From IMG/VR virus record IMGVR_UViG_3300020171_000028, positions 1 through 62,374 of that record: 62,374 nt of DNA; one strand, given 5' to 3'. This DNA is from a virus (taxonomy: Duplodnaviria; Caudoviricetes). The translations under genes were made by a program, and so were the position numbers. The notes beneath the pieces were generated by a model that made no database searches, was not told the DNA's origin, and saw only the letters and a program-made list of their open reading frames with translations. Position 1 is the stretch's first letter. Each line of letters opens with the position of its first letter. Below are positions 46,614 through 55,875 of this stretch, one piece after another.

Positions 46614-46916
46614 ATGGAATTTATTGTTATTATGTTAATCAGTTTAATCGGATTAATGATTGTCTATGTACAGTACTTAGAATTACGACAAAAACATTTT
46701 GTTAAAACAGTAAAAAGAGGAGACCCTTGTCTATTTTATTTGAATGGTAAGGTACGAGAAGGAATTGTTTTGATGTATGTGAAAGAAAACATTTACTCTC
46801 ATGTACAAGATAATTATGGAAATATCCATAGAGTATTTACTGAGGATATCACTCCTCCAAAATTATGGAAATGCGAAAAGAAGAAATCTGGAGGAAAAGG
46901 ATTCTCCCAAAACTAA
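46614..46916 (+). CDS. Membrane-anchored hypothetical protein
   Basis: N-terminal TM. Confidence 0.6.
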   Translation: MEFIVIMLISLIGLMIVYVQYLELRQKHFVKTVKRGDPCLFYLNGKVREGIVLMYVKENIYSHVQDNYGNIHRVFTEDITPPKLWKCEKKKSGGKGFSQN

Positions 46917-47425
46917 TAAAAAGATTTACTCCTCGAATACAACAAGACTTACTTAAAATTGAATGGCCTGCAAATTTACCAAATGAAATTTCCAATCTGT
47001 ATCTATACGGGGAAACAGAGGTTGGAAAAACTATTTATGCGGCATTTCTTTGCTTACATGCTAGTAAATTAAAGTATTTAACAGAAGATATTTCCGGAAA
47101 AGATTTTCTTTTTGTTTCTTTTCCGGAATTGTTTATGGAGATAAAAGAAACTTTTGAAGATAAAACAAAATCTGAAGTAACTGTTTTAAACAAATACCGA
47201 GAAGTGGATTTACTTGTATTAGATGATTTCGGGGTTAAGAATAGTAGCGATTGGTTTATAGAAGTGCTTTATGTTATTATCAATTATCGATATGAGCAAC
47301 AAAAAACCACCGTATTCACTAGCAATTATTCTTTACAAGAAATGGCTTCCTTGTTAGGGGATGATAGAATTTCCTCTAGGATTGAACGGATGTGTCGAAT
47401 TATGTTAAAGAAAACTTGGAAATGA
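46865..47425 (+). CDS. DnaC/IstB-like AAA+ helicase loader
   Basis: GETEVGKT, LLVLDDFG, IINYRY, TVFTSN, DRISSRI. Confidence 0.88.
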   Translation: MEMRKEEIWRKRILPKLIKRFTPRIQQDLLKIEWPANLPNEISNLYLYGETEVGKTIYAAFLCLHASKLKYLTEDISGKDFLFVSFPELFMEIKETFEDKTKSEVTVLNKYREVDLLVLDDFGVKNSSDWFIEVLYVIINYRYEQQKTTVFTSNYSLQEMASLLGDDRISSRIERMCRIMLKKTWK

Positions 47426-48963
47426 TAGAACGAAAAATACTTATTTCACTTATCACATCAACTGAATTTTGCAGGCAAATTAAGCCTCACTGGAATCCAC
47501 ATTACTTAGAAAGTACTATTGGAAAACATATAGCCGCTTGGTGCTGGGAGTATTACGATAAATACAAGGAAGCTCCTGGAAGGAATATTGAAGGAATATA
47601 CATCCAGAAAATAAAAGAAGGCCTTGCCGAGGATATAGCAGAAGAAATTGAGGAGGATATTTTACCGGATTTAAGTGAAGAATTTGTAGAAGGAGAATGG
47701 AACCTCCAATTTCAAATCGACCAAACTCTTCAATTCTTTCAAGAAAGACGACTTGTAATTTTAGCCAATCAAATAAAAGGGTTAGTAGAAGATAATAAGA
47801 TAGAAGATGCTGAAAATTTAGCTAAGGCTCATAGAACCGTTTTAAACGCCTCTTCTAATGATCTTGATATAAGTATCCGGAAAGAGGTTTATCGGCGCTT
47901 AAAACTAGCCTTTGACGCCTTACACGAGAATTTAATCTATTACCCAGGTGCGTTAGGCAGTTTTTGGAATGCCCAACTAGTAAGAGGTGGTTTTGTTGCT
48001 TTAATGGCAAGTGAGAAACGGGGCAAGACTTTCATGTTGATAGATATGGCGTTAAGAGCTGCCAAACAAGGAAGGAAAGTAGCCTTTTTTCAGGCCGGGG
48101 ATATGACAGAAGCGCAACAATTACGCCGTATTTGCATTTACTTAGCAAAGAAATCAGACCAAGAACGTTACTTAGGAGAAATGTATGAACCTGTAAAAGA
48201 TTGTATTTTTAATCAATTAGATACTTGCACATTGCCGGAAAGAGAATGTGATTATGGCGTATTTGAAGACAAAGCAGAAATTCAGATAAGAAAAGAAATT
48301 ACTAAGCAAGATTTAATAGAAGCGTTTGAAGATAATAAAGAATACAAACCTTGTTACAATTGCAAGAAATATTACGCAGATAAGTTAGGAGTCCCTTGGA
48401 TAAAGAAAGTAAATGTAGGAAACTCTCCTTTGGAATTAAATGAAGCAAAAAGACTAATTCATCGTTTCTTCATAAAACATTCCAGAGTATTTAAACTCAG
48501 TTCTCATGCCAACGGAACTTTATCTATCCGCAAAGTAGAAGAAATTTTAGAAGGATGGAAAGAAAAGGATGGATTTGTTCCGGATGTCATTGTTACTGAT
48601 TACGCTGATTTGTTTTCAGAAGAAACAAAAGAATTCCGACATAAACAAAATGAAATATGGAAAGGGCATAGAGCCCTAAGCCAAACGTACAATGCATTAG
48701 TTATTACAGCAACACAAGCGGATGCGGATAGTTATGAAAAACACACATTGTCTTTGAAAAATTTCTCTGAAGATAAAAGAAAGTACGGTCATGTTACTTC
48801 ATTCTATGCATTGAATCAGGATAAAGAAGGGAGAGAGAAGGCAATTGGGCTTCTGCGGATTAATGAAATACTAATCCGGGAAGGGGAAAATAATGCAATT
48901 GTTACAGTTTTGCAGAATTTAAAGAGAGGAAGACCTTTTTTAGGTAGTTTTTTAGGAAAGTAA
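47422..48963 (+). CDS. DnaB-like replicative helicase with Cys-rich insertion
   Basis: ASEKRGKT, VIVTDYADL, VITATQA, FSEDKRK. Confidence 0.82.
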   Translation: MIERKILISLITSTEFCRQIKPHWNPHYLESTIGKHIAAWCWEYYDKYKEAPGRNIEGIYIQKIKEGLAEDIAEEIEEDILPDLSEEFVEGEWNLQFQIDQTLQFFQERRLVILANQIKGLVEDNKIEDAENLAKAHRTVLNASSNDLDISIRKEVYRRLKLAFDALHENLIYYPGALGSFWNAQLVRGGFVALMASEKRGKTFMLIDMALRAAKQGRKVAFFQAGDMTEAQQLRRICIYLAKKSDQERYLGEMYEPVKDCIFNQLDTCTLPERECDYGVFEDKAEIQIRKEITKQDLIEAFEDNKEYKPCYNCKKYYADKLGVPWIKKVNVGNSPLELNEAKRLIHRFFIKHSRVFKLSSHANGTLSIRKVEEILEGWKEKDGFVPDVIVTDYADLFSEETKEFRHKQNEIWKGHRALSQTYNALVITATQADADSYEKHTLSLKNFSEDKRKYGHVTSFYALNQDKEGREKAIGLLRINEILIREGENNAIVTVLQNLKRGRPFLGSFLGK

Positions 48964-49023
48964 AAACTCAATGATAGCAAAGGTTCTAAAGGTATTTTAA
49001 AAATAATTTAAAAATAATCTTAA

Positions 49024-49060
49024 AAAAATTAGGTTTTGAATATTTTTCATATTAATTTTA
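49024..49060 (+). promoter_or_regulatory. Putative early promoter block (second copy)
   Basis: Near-identical to 35320-35356. Confidence 0.65.
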
Positions 49061-49104
49061 GGGTGTTGGAAGGCAATAAAGCCTCAGCATAAAAACCTTA
49101 CAAA

Positions 49105-49440
49105 ATGGAAACAACAAATAATATCACTCCAACAAAAGAAAGCCCAGTATTCGTTGCCTACAACGATTATTTAGGTAGAATTGAAAGAAGCCTATATAAA
49201 GAATGGGAAATTAAAGAAAAAGATTGTTGGTCTTGCGGAACCACATTTGCATTAAGATTTACAGATGCGATTGTTGAGTTGCATAAATGGATTCAAGACA
49301 ATGAAGCTTTTATCAACGAATATCCTAAAAGCAATTTCTATATAGAGGTCGTTAATGGAAGTATAGATAAAAAAGGTAATGTAGTTCATACTAAAGTATA
49401 TTCCATCACTGCCAAGAAAGCAAAACAATATTTATTTTAA
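49105..49440 (+). CDS. Early hypothetical protein
   Basis: AAAACCTTAC leader. Confidence 0.7.
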   Translation: METTNNITPTKESPVFVAYNDYLGRIERSLYKEWEIKEKDCWSCGTTFALRFTDAIVELHKWIQDNEAFINEYPKSNFYIEVVNGSIDKKGNVVHTKVYSITAKKAKQYLF

Positions 49441-49462
49441 TCATTTTAAAAACCTTACAATC

Positions 49463-49894
49463 ATGAAAACATTAACAGAAAAACAAAAAACTCATTTAAT
49501 TGAAAGTATCGGACAAGAATTTAACTGGCAGTTGAATGCTGCTCAAAAAAATCTAAAAGATGCTACGGATAGATTAGTAGAAGACCCATCCTATTCATTT
49601 ACTTGGGTGGCGGAAGACATCATCAAATATTCTTATTTGAAAAACACTTACTCCCGTCTAATCTACATTGTAGGCGAAGAATTAAAAAAGGAGGCGGATA
49701 TCCTAGAAGCTGTAGATATATTGGTTAAGCAAGAAAGAAGAAACAAAAACGAAATGTTTAGAATGGTTAGAAGCTCCAACCCATTCAATTTATTACAACA
49801 AAACCTCGAGATGGAAGCTCGTTGTATATTTTTAGAGGAAATGGATAGGCTTATACCTGGTTGCGTAAGAGCAGCAGAAAAAGAAGCTAGTTAG
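49463..49894 (+). CDS. Early hypothetical protein
   Basis: AAAACCTTAC leader. Confidence 0.7.
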   Translation: MKTLTEKQKTHLIESIGQEFNWQLNAAQKNLKDATDRLVEDPSYSFTWVAEDIIKYSYLKNTYSRLIYIVGEELKKEADILEAVDILVKQERRNKNEMFRMVRSSNPFNLLQQNLEMEARCIFLEEMDRLIPGCVRAAEKEAS

Positions 49895-49922
49895 TTTAGT
49901 AAGGTTTTCTAAACTAGCCTCG

Positions 49923-49952
49923 GCCCGCCTCCTTAATTGGTTGCGGGCTTTT
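49923..49952 (+). terminator. Intrinsic terminator-like hairpin
   Basis: gcccgc…gcgggc followed by tttt. Confidence 0.6.
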
Positions 49953-49984
49953 GAGGTGAAAAACAATTTAAAAACCTTATAACA

Positions 49985-50197
49985 ATGGAAACAGGATTAA
50001 CAGTTACTACAAGCAGCCCAGCAGACGATGCTAAGTTAAAACAAATCATTGAACAAAGTGATTTCTACGCAATTTACAATGAAATAGAAAGGTATTTTTT
50101 CTTCCCAGAAGAACCAGGAACTTATGATTCATTGGAACAGGCACTGGAAGAAATCTTAACCATGTATGATATCTATGCTTGCATAGAAAGTATTTAA
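49985..50197 (+). CDS. Acidic early hypothetical protein
   Basis: AAAACCTTAT leader. Confidence 0.65.
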   Translation: METGLTVTTSSPADDAKLKQIIEQSDFYAIYNEIERYFFFPEEPGTYDSLEQALEEILTMYDIYACIESI

Positions 50198-50205
50198 TAA
50201 AAATT

Positions 50206-50215
50206 TTTGTATAAT
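50206..50215 (+). promoter_or_regulatory. Putative middle promoter TTTGTATAAT
   Basis: Repeated intergenic motif. Confidence 0.7.
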
Positions 50216-50230
50216 TAAAGAAAAAACAAC

Positions 50231-50587
50231 ATGTACACAATTTCAAAAGAATTTGCTTTCAGCAGTTCACATCAGTTACCTCACTTGCCGGAAACCCATC
50301 CTTGCGCAAGAATTCACGGACACAATTACATAGTTAAAGTAGAATTGAAAGCCCGAGAATTAAACAAAGACCAATTCATTTTGGATTATCGTCAATTAGA
50401 TAATATTAAGATTTACTTAGACAGTTTTCTTGACCACAGGCATCTAAATGATGTTTTACCTATTTTACCTACCGCAGAAAATATGGCGAAGTACTTGTAT
50501 GAAAAATTCAAAAGTACTGTCCCTTGTCTTTCTGCTGTGGAAGTGTCTGAAACCCCTAAAACCAATGCAAGGTATGAAGTCGGTTAA
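50231..50587 (+). CDS. queD: 6-carboxytetrahydropterin synthase
   Basis: FSSSH, CARIHGHNY, LDHRHLND, PTAEN, VSETP. Confidence 0.93.
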   Translation: MYTISKEFAFSSSHQLPHLPETHPCARIHGHNYIVKVELKARELNKDQFILDYRQLDNIKIYLDSFLDHRHLNDVLPILPTAENMAKYLYEKFKSTVPCLSAVEVSETPKTNARYEVG

Positions 50588-51359
50588 ACAATTAATAGAA
50601 GCATATAAGAACACCGCTCCGGTTTTTGAAATAAAGGAAGGCGCCCCTTTTTTAAGTATTTCAGAATTCTTCATAGACACCATCCAAGGAGAAAATTTTG
50701 TAGGATGGCCTTCTGCCTTTATGCGCTTGCAGCATTGTACTTTAAATTGCGTTTATTGTGACAGCAGGGAAGTATGGAGAACAGGGCGTAAATACGGGTT
50801 CCCGGAAATACATCGATTACTAAATAAAGTAGACTCTTCCAATCGTTCATTGATTGATAAGTTTAAGGAAGGGCAACATCTAGTTCTTACCGGAGGTAGT
50901 CCTTTAAAACAGCAAAAGGAATTGATACTATTCTTGGATGAGTTCAAAGCAAAATATGGCTTCCTGCCTTATATCGAAGTAGAGAATGAATGTACTATTA
51001 TTCCAGCCACAAAATTGATTGAATATGTGAGTTGTTGGAATAATTCTCCTAAACTTGCAAGCAGTTTAAATCCAAGAGAAGTTCGGTACCGTCCGGAAAT
51101 CATTTTGATGTTATCCAATCTAAAAAACAGTTGGTTTAAGTTTGTGATAGGCAATAAAGGCGATTGGAAAGAAATCGAAAATGATTTTTTAAAACAAGGA
51201 CTAGTTGAACGTTCTCAGATAGTACTAATGCCGATGGGGCAAACTAGAGAACAATTAGAAAAAACAAAAGAATTGACAGTAGAATTAGCTATTGAAAACA
51301 ATGTCCGGTATACGTCCAGGGAACATATTGTTCTTTGGGATATGAAAACCGGAGTGTAA
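50574..51359 (+). CDS. queE: 7-carboxy-7-deazaguanine synthase (radical SAM)
   Basis: TIQGE, CTLNCVYCDS, LTGGSP, SPKL, FKFV. Confidence 0.9.
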   Translation: MKSVKQLIEAYKNTAPVFEIKEGAPFLSISEFFIDTIQGENFVGWPSAFMRLQHCTLNCVYCDSREVWRTGRKYGFPEIHRLLNKVDSSNRSLIDKFKEGQHLVLTGGSPLKQQKELILFLDEFKAKYGFLPYIEVENECTIIPATKLIEYVSCWNNSPKLASSLNPREVRYRPEIILMLSNLKNSWFKFVIGNKGDWKEIENDFLKQGLVERSQIVLMPMGQTREQLEKTKELTVELAIENNVRYTSREHIVLWDMKTGV

Positions 51360-51367
51360 AAAATAAA

Positions 51368-51377
51368 TTTGTATAAT
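51368..51377 (+). promoter_or_regulatory. Putative middle promoter TTTGTATAAT
   Basis: Repeated intergenic motif. Confidence 0.7.
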
Positions 51378-51393
51378 AAAAGAAAGTAAAAAG

Positions 51394-52179
51394 ATGAAAA
51401 CATTAGAAAAACAAGACTTAATCAAAGTCGCAAAAGAATTAAACGAGGTCTTAGGGCTTGAACCTGCCATTAATTTGAAAGCAGATGAAGAAACATTGAA
51501 AAATAAGCTAGAGGAAGCTTTTGAATTGATTGACCCAAAAGAAGATGAATTTACAGAATTTACTCAACAAGTAATAGACCAATTCAACACTTCCGGGGAG
51601 ATACTTACAGAAGAAGTGAAAGAAGAAGTGAAAGAAGAAGTGAAAGAAGAAGTGAAAGAAGAAGTTGTATTTGCATCTAAAGAAGCAAAAAGAGTTTTTC
51701 TTTTTAAGGAAATAAAGAAAGCAACTAATATGATGCCTATCCCTGCTGTAAATCATTTAAAAATACTTGTAACAACATATGAAGAATTTGAATCTCTACT
51801 ACCTAATCTTACAGGTAAATTTAATGTTACTACAATGATAGAAGACATGTACCGTGCACTCGGTAGTGAGGACAAAATTGTAGAAAAGCCTGCAAAGAAA
51901 GAAAAGTTTGCAAAGAAAGAAAAGAAAGAAAAGTTTGCAAAGAAAGAAAAGAAAGAAAAGAAAGTAGGTATTGTTGCTACTATTGTAGAATGCGTAGAAA
52001 ATGCAGATAAAAAAGAAGGCGTATCAAAAGAGGAAGTTTTAACTGTTTTAAAACAAAGATTTCCTGAACGCAACGAAACTTCAATGTGGAGTACAGTAAA
52101 ACTACATATCCCATATTTAATAACTAAAGAACGTTGGGAAGTTAAAAAATTAGAAAACGGTAATTTTTGTAAAGCATAG
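51394..52179 (+). CDS. Hypothetical protein with EEVK and KKEKFA repeats
   Basis: 12-bp tandem repeats ~51610-51666 and 27-bp repeats ~51892-51960. Confidence 0.75.
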   Translation: MKTLEKQDLIKVAKELNEVLGLEPAINLKADEETLKNKLEEAFELIDPKEDEFTEFTQQVIDQFNTSGEILTEEVKEEVKEEVKEEVKEEVVFASKEAKRVFLFKEIKKATNMMPIPAVNHLKILVTTYEEFESLLPNLTGKFNVTTMIEDMYRALGSEDKIVEKPAKKEKFAKKEKKEKFAKKEKKEKKVGIVATIVECVENADKKEGVSKEEVLTVLKQRFPERNETSMWSTVKLHIPYLITKERWEVKKLENGNFCKA

Positions 52180-52184
52180 AATAA

Positions 52185-52754
52185 ATGAAGAAAAAAACCA
52201 TTCATGCTGAAATAGAAACAGCTTTATTTAAACAATTAGAATACATTGGGGAAGATACTACCCGAGAAGGCTTACAAGATACTCCTTACAGAGTAGTGAA
52301 GTCTTGGCAGGAGATTTTCAAAGGATATACACAACAGCCGGAAGACATTATGACTGTATTTGATGCCGAAGGATACGACCAAATCATTATTTTGAAAGAT
52401 ATCGAAGTCTATTCCATGTGCGAACACCATATGTTACCTTTTATTGGAAAGGCTCATGTAGCCTATATTCCAGATAAGAAAATTGTTGGTATTTCTAAAC
52501 TTGCCCGCCTTGTAGACATATATGCTCGTAGGCTACAAATACAAGAACGGTTAGGAGAACAAGTAACTTCTGCTTTAATGGAAATCCTTTCTCCGAAAGG
52601 GGCTGCTTGTATTATAGAAGCATCCCATCTTTGTATGCGAATGAGAGGTGTTTCTAAACAAAATTCTATTATGATTACGTCTTCTTTGAAAGGCGCATTT
52701 ATAAGAGATGCTAGTGCAAAGGAAGAATTAATAAAATTAGTAAAAGGACAATAG
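52185..52754 (+). CDS. folE: GTP cyclohydrolase I
   Basis: [41 protein letters not shown]. Confidence 0.96.
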   Translation: MKKKTIHAEIETALFKQLEYIGEDTTREGLQDTPYRVVKSWQEIFKGYTQQPEDIMTVFDAEGYDQIIILKDIEVYSMCEHHMLPFIGKAHVAYIPDKKIVGISKLARLVDIYARRLQIQERLGEQVTSALMEILSPKGAACIIEASHLCMRMRGVSKQNSIMITSSLKGAFIRDASAKEELIKLVKGQ

Positions 52755-52755
52755 T

Positions 52756-53892
52756 ATGAGAAAATTATTTTATTTACCTTTAGAACCTTTACCGGAACGA
52801 TATACAACACAATTAGCAGCTGCAAAAAAAGGTTGGTTGGAAAGTTATTGGATAAAACAAGGTGTATCTTATGTACGAATAGAAGGAGAAAAATTAACAG
52901 ACGAAATAAAAACAGGTTCTGTATTAGATGCTAATGGAAGAGGATATTGGGCGATCAGTCAAATTCAAAAAATACTCTCTTTATTAGACCGTAACGAAAT
53001 CTCAAACGAAGATGTTATTTACTTCGATGATTTTTGGCACCCAGGTATTTCTGCATTACCTTACAGTTTCCATTTAACAGGAGTAAGACCAAAGATGTAT
53101 GCAATGCTTTATGCACAATCGGTAGACCCTTTTGATTTTACATATTCTATGAGATATTGGATGCGTGATTTTGAGAAAGGAATAAGTAAGATTTTAGATG
53201 GTATTTTTGTTACTAGTACTTGTTTACGTGATTCTTTGATATACGCAGGAATAGGAACAAAAGAATCAATTCATGTAACAGGGTTGATATTTAACAGTAA
53301 AGAAGTTGAAACATACTTCCCTCCAACGTTACCTAAAAAGAAGAAACAAGTTATCTTTAGTAGTCGTTGGGATATGGAAAAAAGACCAACGACTTTTTTA
53401 GCTATTGTAGATGCTGTTCTTAAAGTAAGAAAAGATATTACATTTGTTATTACAACAAGTGCGAAAAAACTTAGAAGTAACAATCCTGCATTATTACAAG
53501 TATTAAAGTACTATTTACATAAATATCCTGATAATGTATTCTTACGAGAAAATCAAACAAAGAAACAATATTACGCTTCTTTATTAGAATCTAAAATTCA
53601 AATAAATACAGCCGACCAAGATTTCGTTAGTTTTACTTTATTAGAAGCAACTACTTGTGGTTGTATTCCTTTGTATCCTTATTTTTTAAGTTTTCCAGAA
53701 GCATTAGAATATAAACATTCTTACATGTACCAAAAAGAAGATGTACAAGATGCAGTGACGAAAATATTGAAATTTATAGATTCAACGGAAACAGTTAATT
53801 TAACGTGGGTTTATGAAAAATACAATAAATCTGTAGAAAGAATGTTAAATGTAATGAAAGGAGAAAAATATGAAGCGTTGTATTGTAATTAA
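52756..53892 (+). CDS. GT-B (GT4-like) glycosyltransferase within the deazaguanine cluster
   Basis: FSSRWDMEKRP, QDFVSFTLLEATTCGC.P. Confidence 0.75.
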   Translation: MRKLFYLPLEPLPERYTTQLAAAKKGWLESYWIKQGVSYVRIEGEKLTDEIKTGSVLDANGRGYWAISQIQKILSLLDRNEISNEDVIYFDDFWHPGISALPYSFHLTGVRPKMYAMLYAQSVDPFDFTYSMRYWMRDFEKGISKILDGIFVTSTCLRDSLIYAGIGTKESIHVTGLIFNSKEVETYFPPTLPKKKKQVIFSSRWDMEKRPTTFLAIVDAVLKVRKDITFVITTSAKKLRSNNPALLQVLKYYLHKYPDNVFLRENQTKKQYYASLLESKIQINTADQDFVSFTLLEATTCGCIPLYPYFLSFPEALEYKHSYMYQKEDVQDAVTKILKFIDSTETVNLTWVYEKYNKSVERMLNVMKGEKYEALYCN

Positions 53893-54202
53893 AACTAATT
53901 TTTCTGCGGTACATCATTGGCCGGATTGTCCTATCAAAGAAGTTGCGTATTTAACAATGCCACACCGACATTTGTTTTATGTTACTTTTAAATTTTCTGT
54001 AAATCATAACGATAGAGATATTGAATTTATAAGTAAAAAAATAGAAATAGAAAGATACTTAAATGATGAATTTGCAAATAAATTTATCTCTGCGATGTCT
54101 TGTGAACAAATAGCAGAACAATTATTAATTCATTTCAACGCAGATTTTGTTTCTGTATTCGAAGATAATGAAAATGGAGCGGAGGTATATAATGATAACT
54201 GA
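53870..54202 (+). CDS. QueD-paralog T-fold protein (DpdL-like candidate)
   Basis: HHWP…LTMPHRHLF…HNDRDIEF…SCE…EDNENGA. Confidence 0.65.
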   Translation: MKRCIVIKTNFSAVHHWPDCPIKEVAYLTMPHRHLFYVTFKFSVNHNDRDIEFISKKIEIERYLNDEFANKFISAMSCEQIAEQLLIHFNADFVSVFEDNENGAEVYNDN

Positions 54203-55148
54203 TTTCAAAAATCCACTTTTCATTGATTCAGGTGCGCACGGCTTATACAACGAATATATGGTTCGAAAAGAATTTAAAGCAGGGTATTCTTTTTATGAAA
54301 CTCCTGCTTTTTTACAATACATAGATGAATACGCTGCCTTTATTAAACAAAATAAATCAAAAATAGATGTATTTGCAAATGTAGACGTAATTTTCAATCC
54401 TATGTTAACTTGGAAAGCACAATCCTACTTAGAAAAAACACATAACATAACACCTTTACCAGTTATTCATTACGGAACAGATTTGAAATGGTTAAAAAGG
54501 TACCTTGCAAAAGGCTATGATTATATTGCTTTAGGAGGACTAGGACAAGATGCAACAATGGCTATGTATAAGAATTGGGCAGACCAGGCTTTTGATATAA
54601 TTTGCGACCAACCTAGTAGATTGCCTAAAGTAAAAGTACATGGATTCGCTGTTACATCTTTTGGATTGATGTCTAGATACCCTTGGTATTCTGTTGATTC
54701 TACAAGTTGGTTGAAATATGCTGCATACGGAATGATTATCTTACCTGTATTTCATAAAGGAAAGTGGGATTATACAAAGCCTTTTTATATGATAAAAGTT
54801 ACAGCGAGGCAATCACAAAGTACTATATTATCTATCAACGGGAAACGAAAAGTGTTAATAAAAGATGTTGAAAAATATATCACAGAAAAAGGGTTTCAAT
54901 TAGGAGAATCAAACTTTAAAAAAGTAAAAAAAGGGTATGTTTTGAAAGAAAACGAAAGTTGGGCAGGGAATCAAACACGCAAAACAAAAACAACATTAGT
55001 TGAGGAAATCATCACTCCCGGATTATGTAATAGCGATAGGCAACGAGCAATTTTAAATGCATTATATTATTTAGATTTAGTTAATGAATTACCAGAATGG
55101 CCTTGGCCGTTTTTAAAACACGCACAAAAAAAATTAGAATTGTTATGA
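54192..55148 (+). CDS. dpdA: DpdA/TGT-like DNA base-exchange transglycosylase
   Basis: FIDSGAH, NVDVI, PVIH, YIALGG, KVHGFA, PWYSVDSTSW; next to folE/queD/queE. Confidence 0.75.
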   Translation: MITDFKNPLFIDSGAHGLYNEYMVRKEFKAGYSFYETPAFLQYIDEYAAFIKQNKSKIDVFANVDVIFNPMLTWKAQSYLEKTHNITPLPVIHYGTDLKWLKRYLAKGYDYIALGGLGQDATMAMYKNWADQAFDIICDQPSRLPKVKVHGFAVTSFGLMSRYPWYSVDSTSWLKYAAYGMIILPVFHKGKWDYTKPFYMIKVTARQSQSTILSINGKRKVLIKDVEKYITEKGFQLGESNFKKVKKGYVLKENESWAGNQTRKTKTTLVEEIITPGLCNSDRQRAILNALYYLDLVNELPEWPWPFLKHAQKKLELL

Positions 55149-55318
55149 TAATATATTTAGCAGGAAAATCTCAAAAATTAGAAAATATAGATGTTATTGT
55201 AAATTCCCCAATAAAGAATTGGGGGTTGTTATGGTCTTATAAAGAACTACAAACAAAGGATAAACAGGGTTCTAAACAATTCAAAGAATTAATGAAACGT
55301 ATTAAAACAAAAAAATAA
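55145..55318 (+). CDS. Small protein MIIYLAG…LLWSY, possibly a detached DpdA barrel fragment
   Basis: ATGA overlap with dpdA stop. Confidence 0.55.
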   Translation: MIIYLAGKSQKLENIDVIVNSPIKNWGLLWSYKELQTKDKQGSKQFKELMKRIKTKK

Positions 55319-55319
55319 T

Positions 55320-55871
55320 ATGGAACAAACGCGTTTATTTGATAAAATAGCTCCTATAAAAAAAGGAATAAGCCTTCCAGACGCAATCTTACGAGGGTAC
55401 TCTTTAAAAAAAGAATTATCCGCTGTAGGGTACCATCTTTCTAAAATTCAAAAAAATGACATAGGAATAGGAACACTTTTTCACTTGTATTTTAAAAAAG
55501 ATAAAAGAAAGAAAATGAACCTAATTGTTATCAAACGTCCTTTATCGTATACAATGAAAGATTTTGAAAAAAACGTTATATTATATCCTAGGATAAATGT
55601 AAGTGTAAAAGGAAAAGAATTCCAAGAATGGGAACGCTTCACTTATATGATAAATCTTTACAAACAAGAAAATATGCATTTTCTTATCGTCGCCCCTTTC
55701 GTAACTAAAGAACATAGATATTGGGTCGCTTCTTATTCTTCTTTAGAAAAAGAGCATTGGATTAACAAAGAACGAGAAAAAGAAGCCTGGGATAGATTTG
55801 CATACGCAGGGACAAAAGCAAATTATGTTCTTTTACCTAAATTAACAGAATTATTAACTACATTAATCTAA
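55320..55871 (+). CDS. Hypothetical protein
   Basis: ORF in operon. Confidence 0.65.
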   Translation: MEQTRLFDKIAPIKKGISLPDAILRGYSLKKELSAVGYHLSKIQKNDIGIGTLFHLYFKKDKRKKMNLIVIKRPLSYTMKDFEKNVILYPRINVSVKGKEFQEWERFTYMINLYKQENMHFLIVAPFVTKEHRYWVASYSSLEKEHWINKEREKEAWDRFAYAGTKANYVLLPKLTELLTTLI

Positions 55872-55875
55872 AAAG

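Noticed and set aside
51610-51960. 12-bp and 27-bp tandem repeats as regulatory array
   Set aside because: They are in-frame low-complexity coding repeats (EEVK, KKEKFA) within one ORF.
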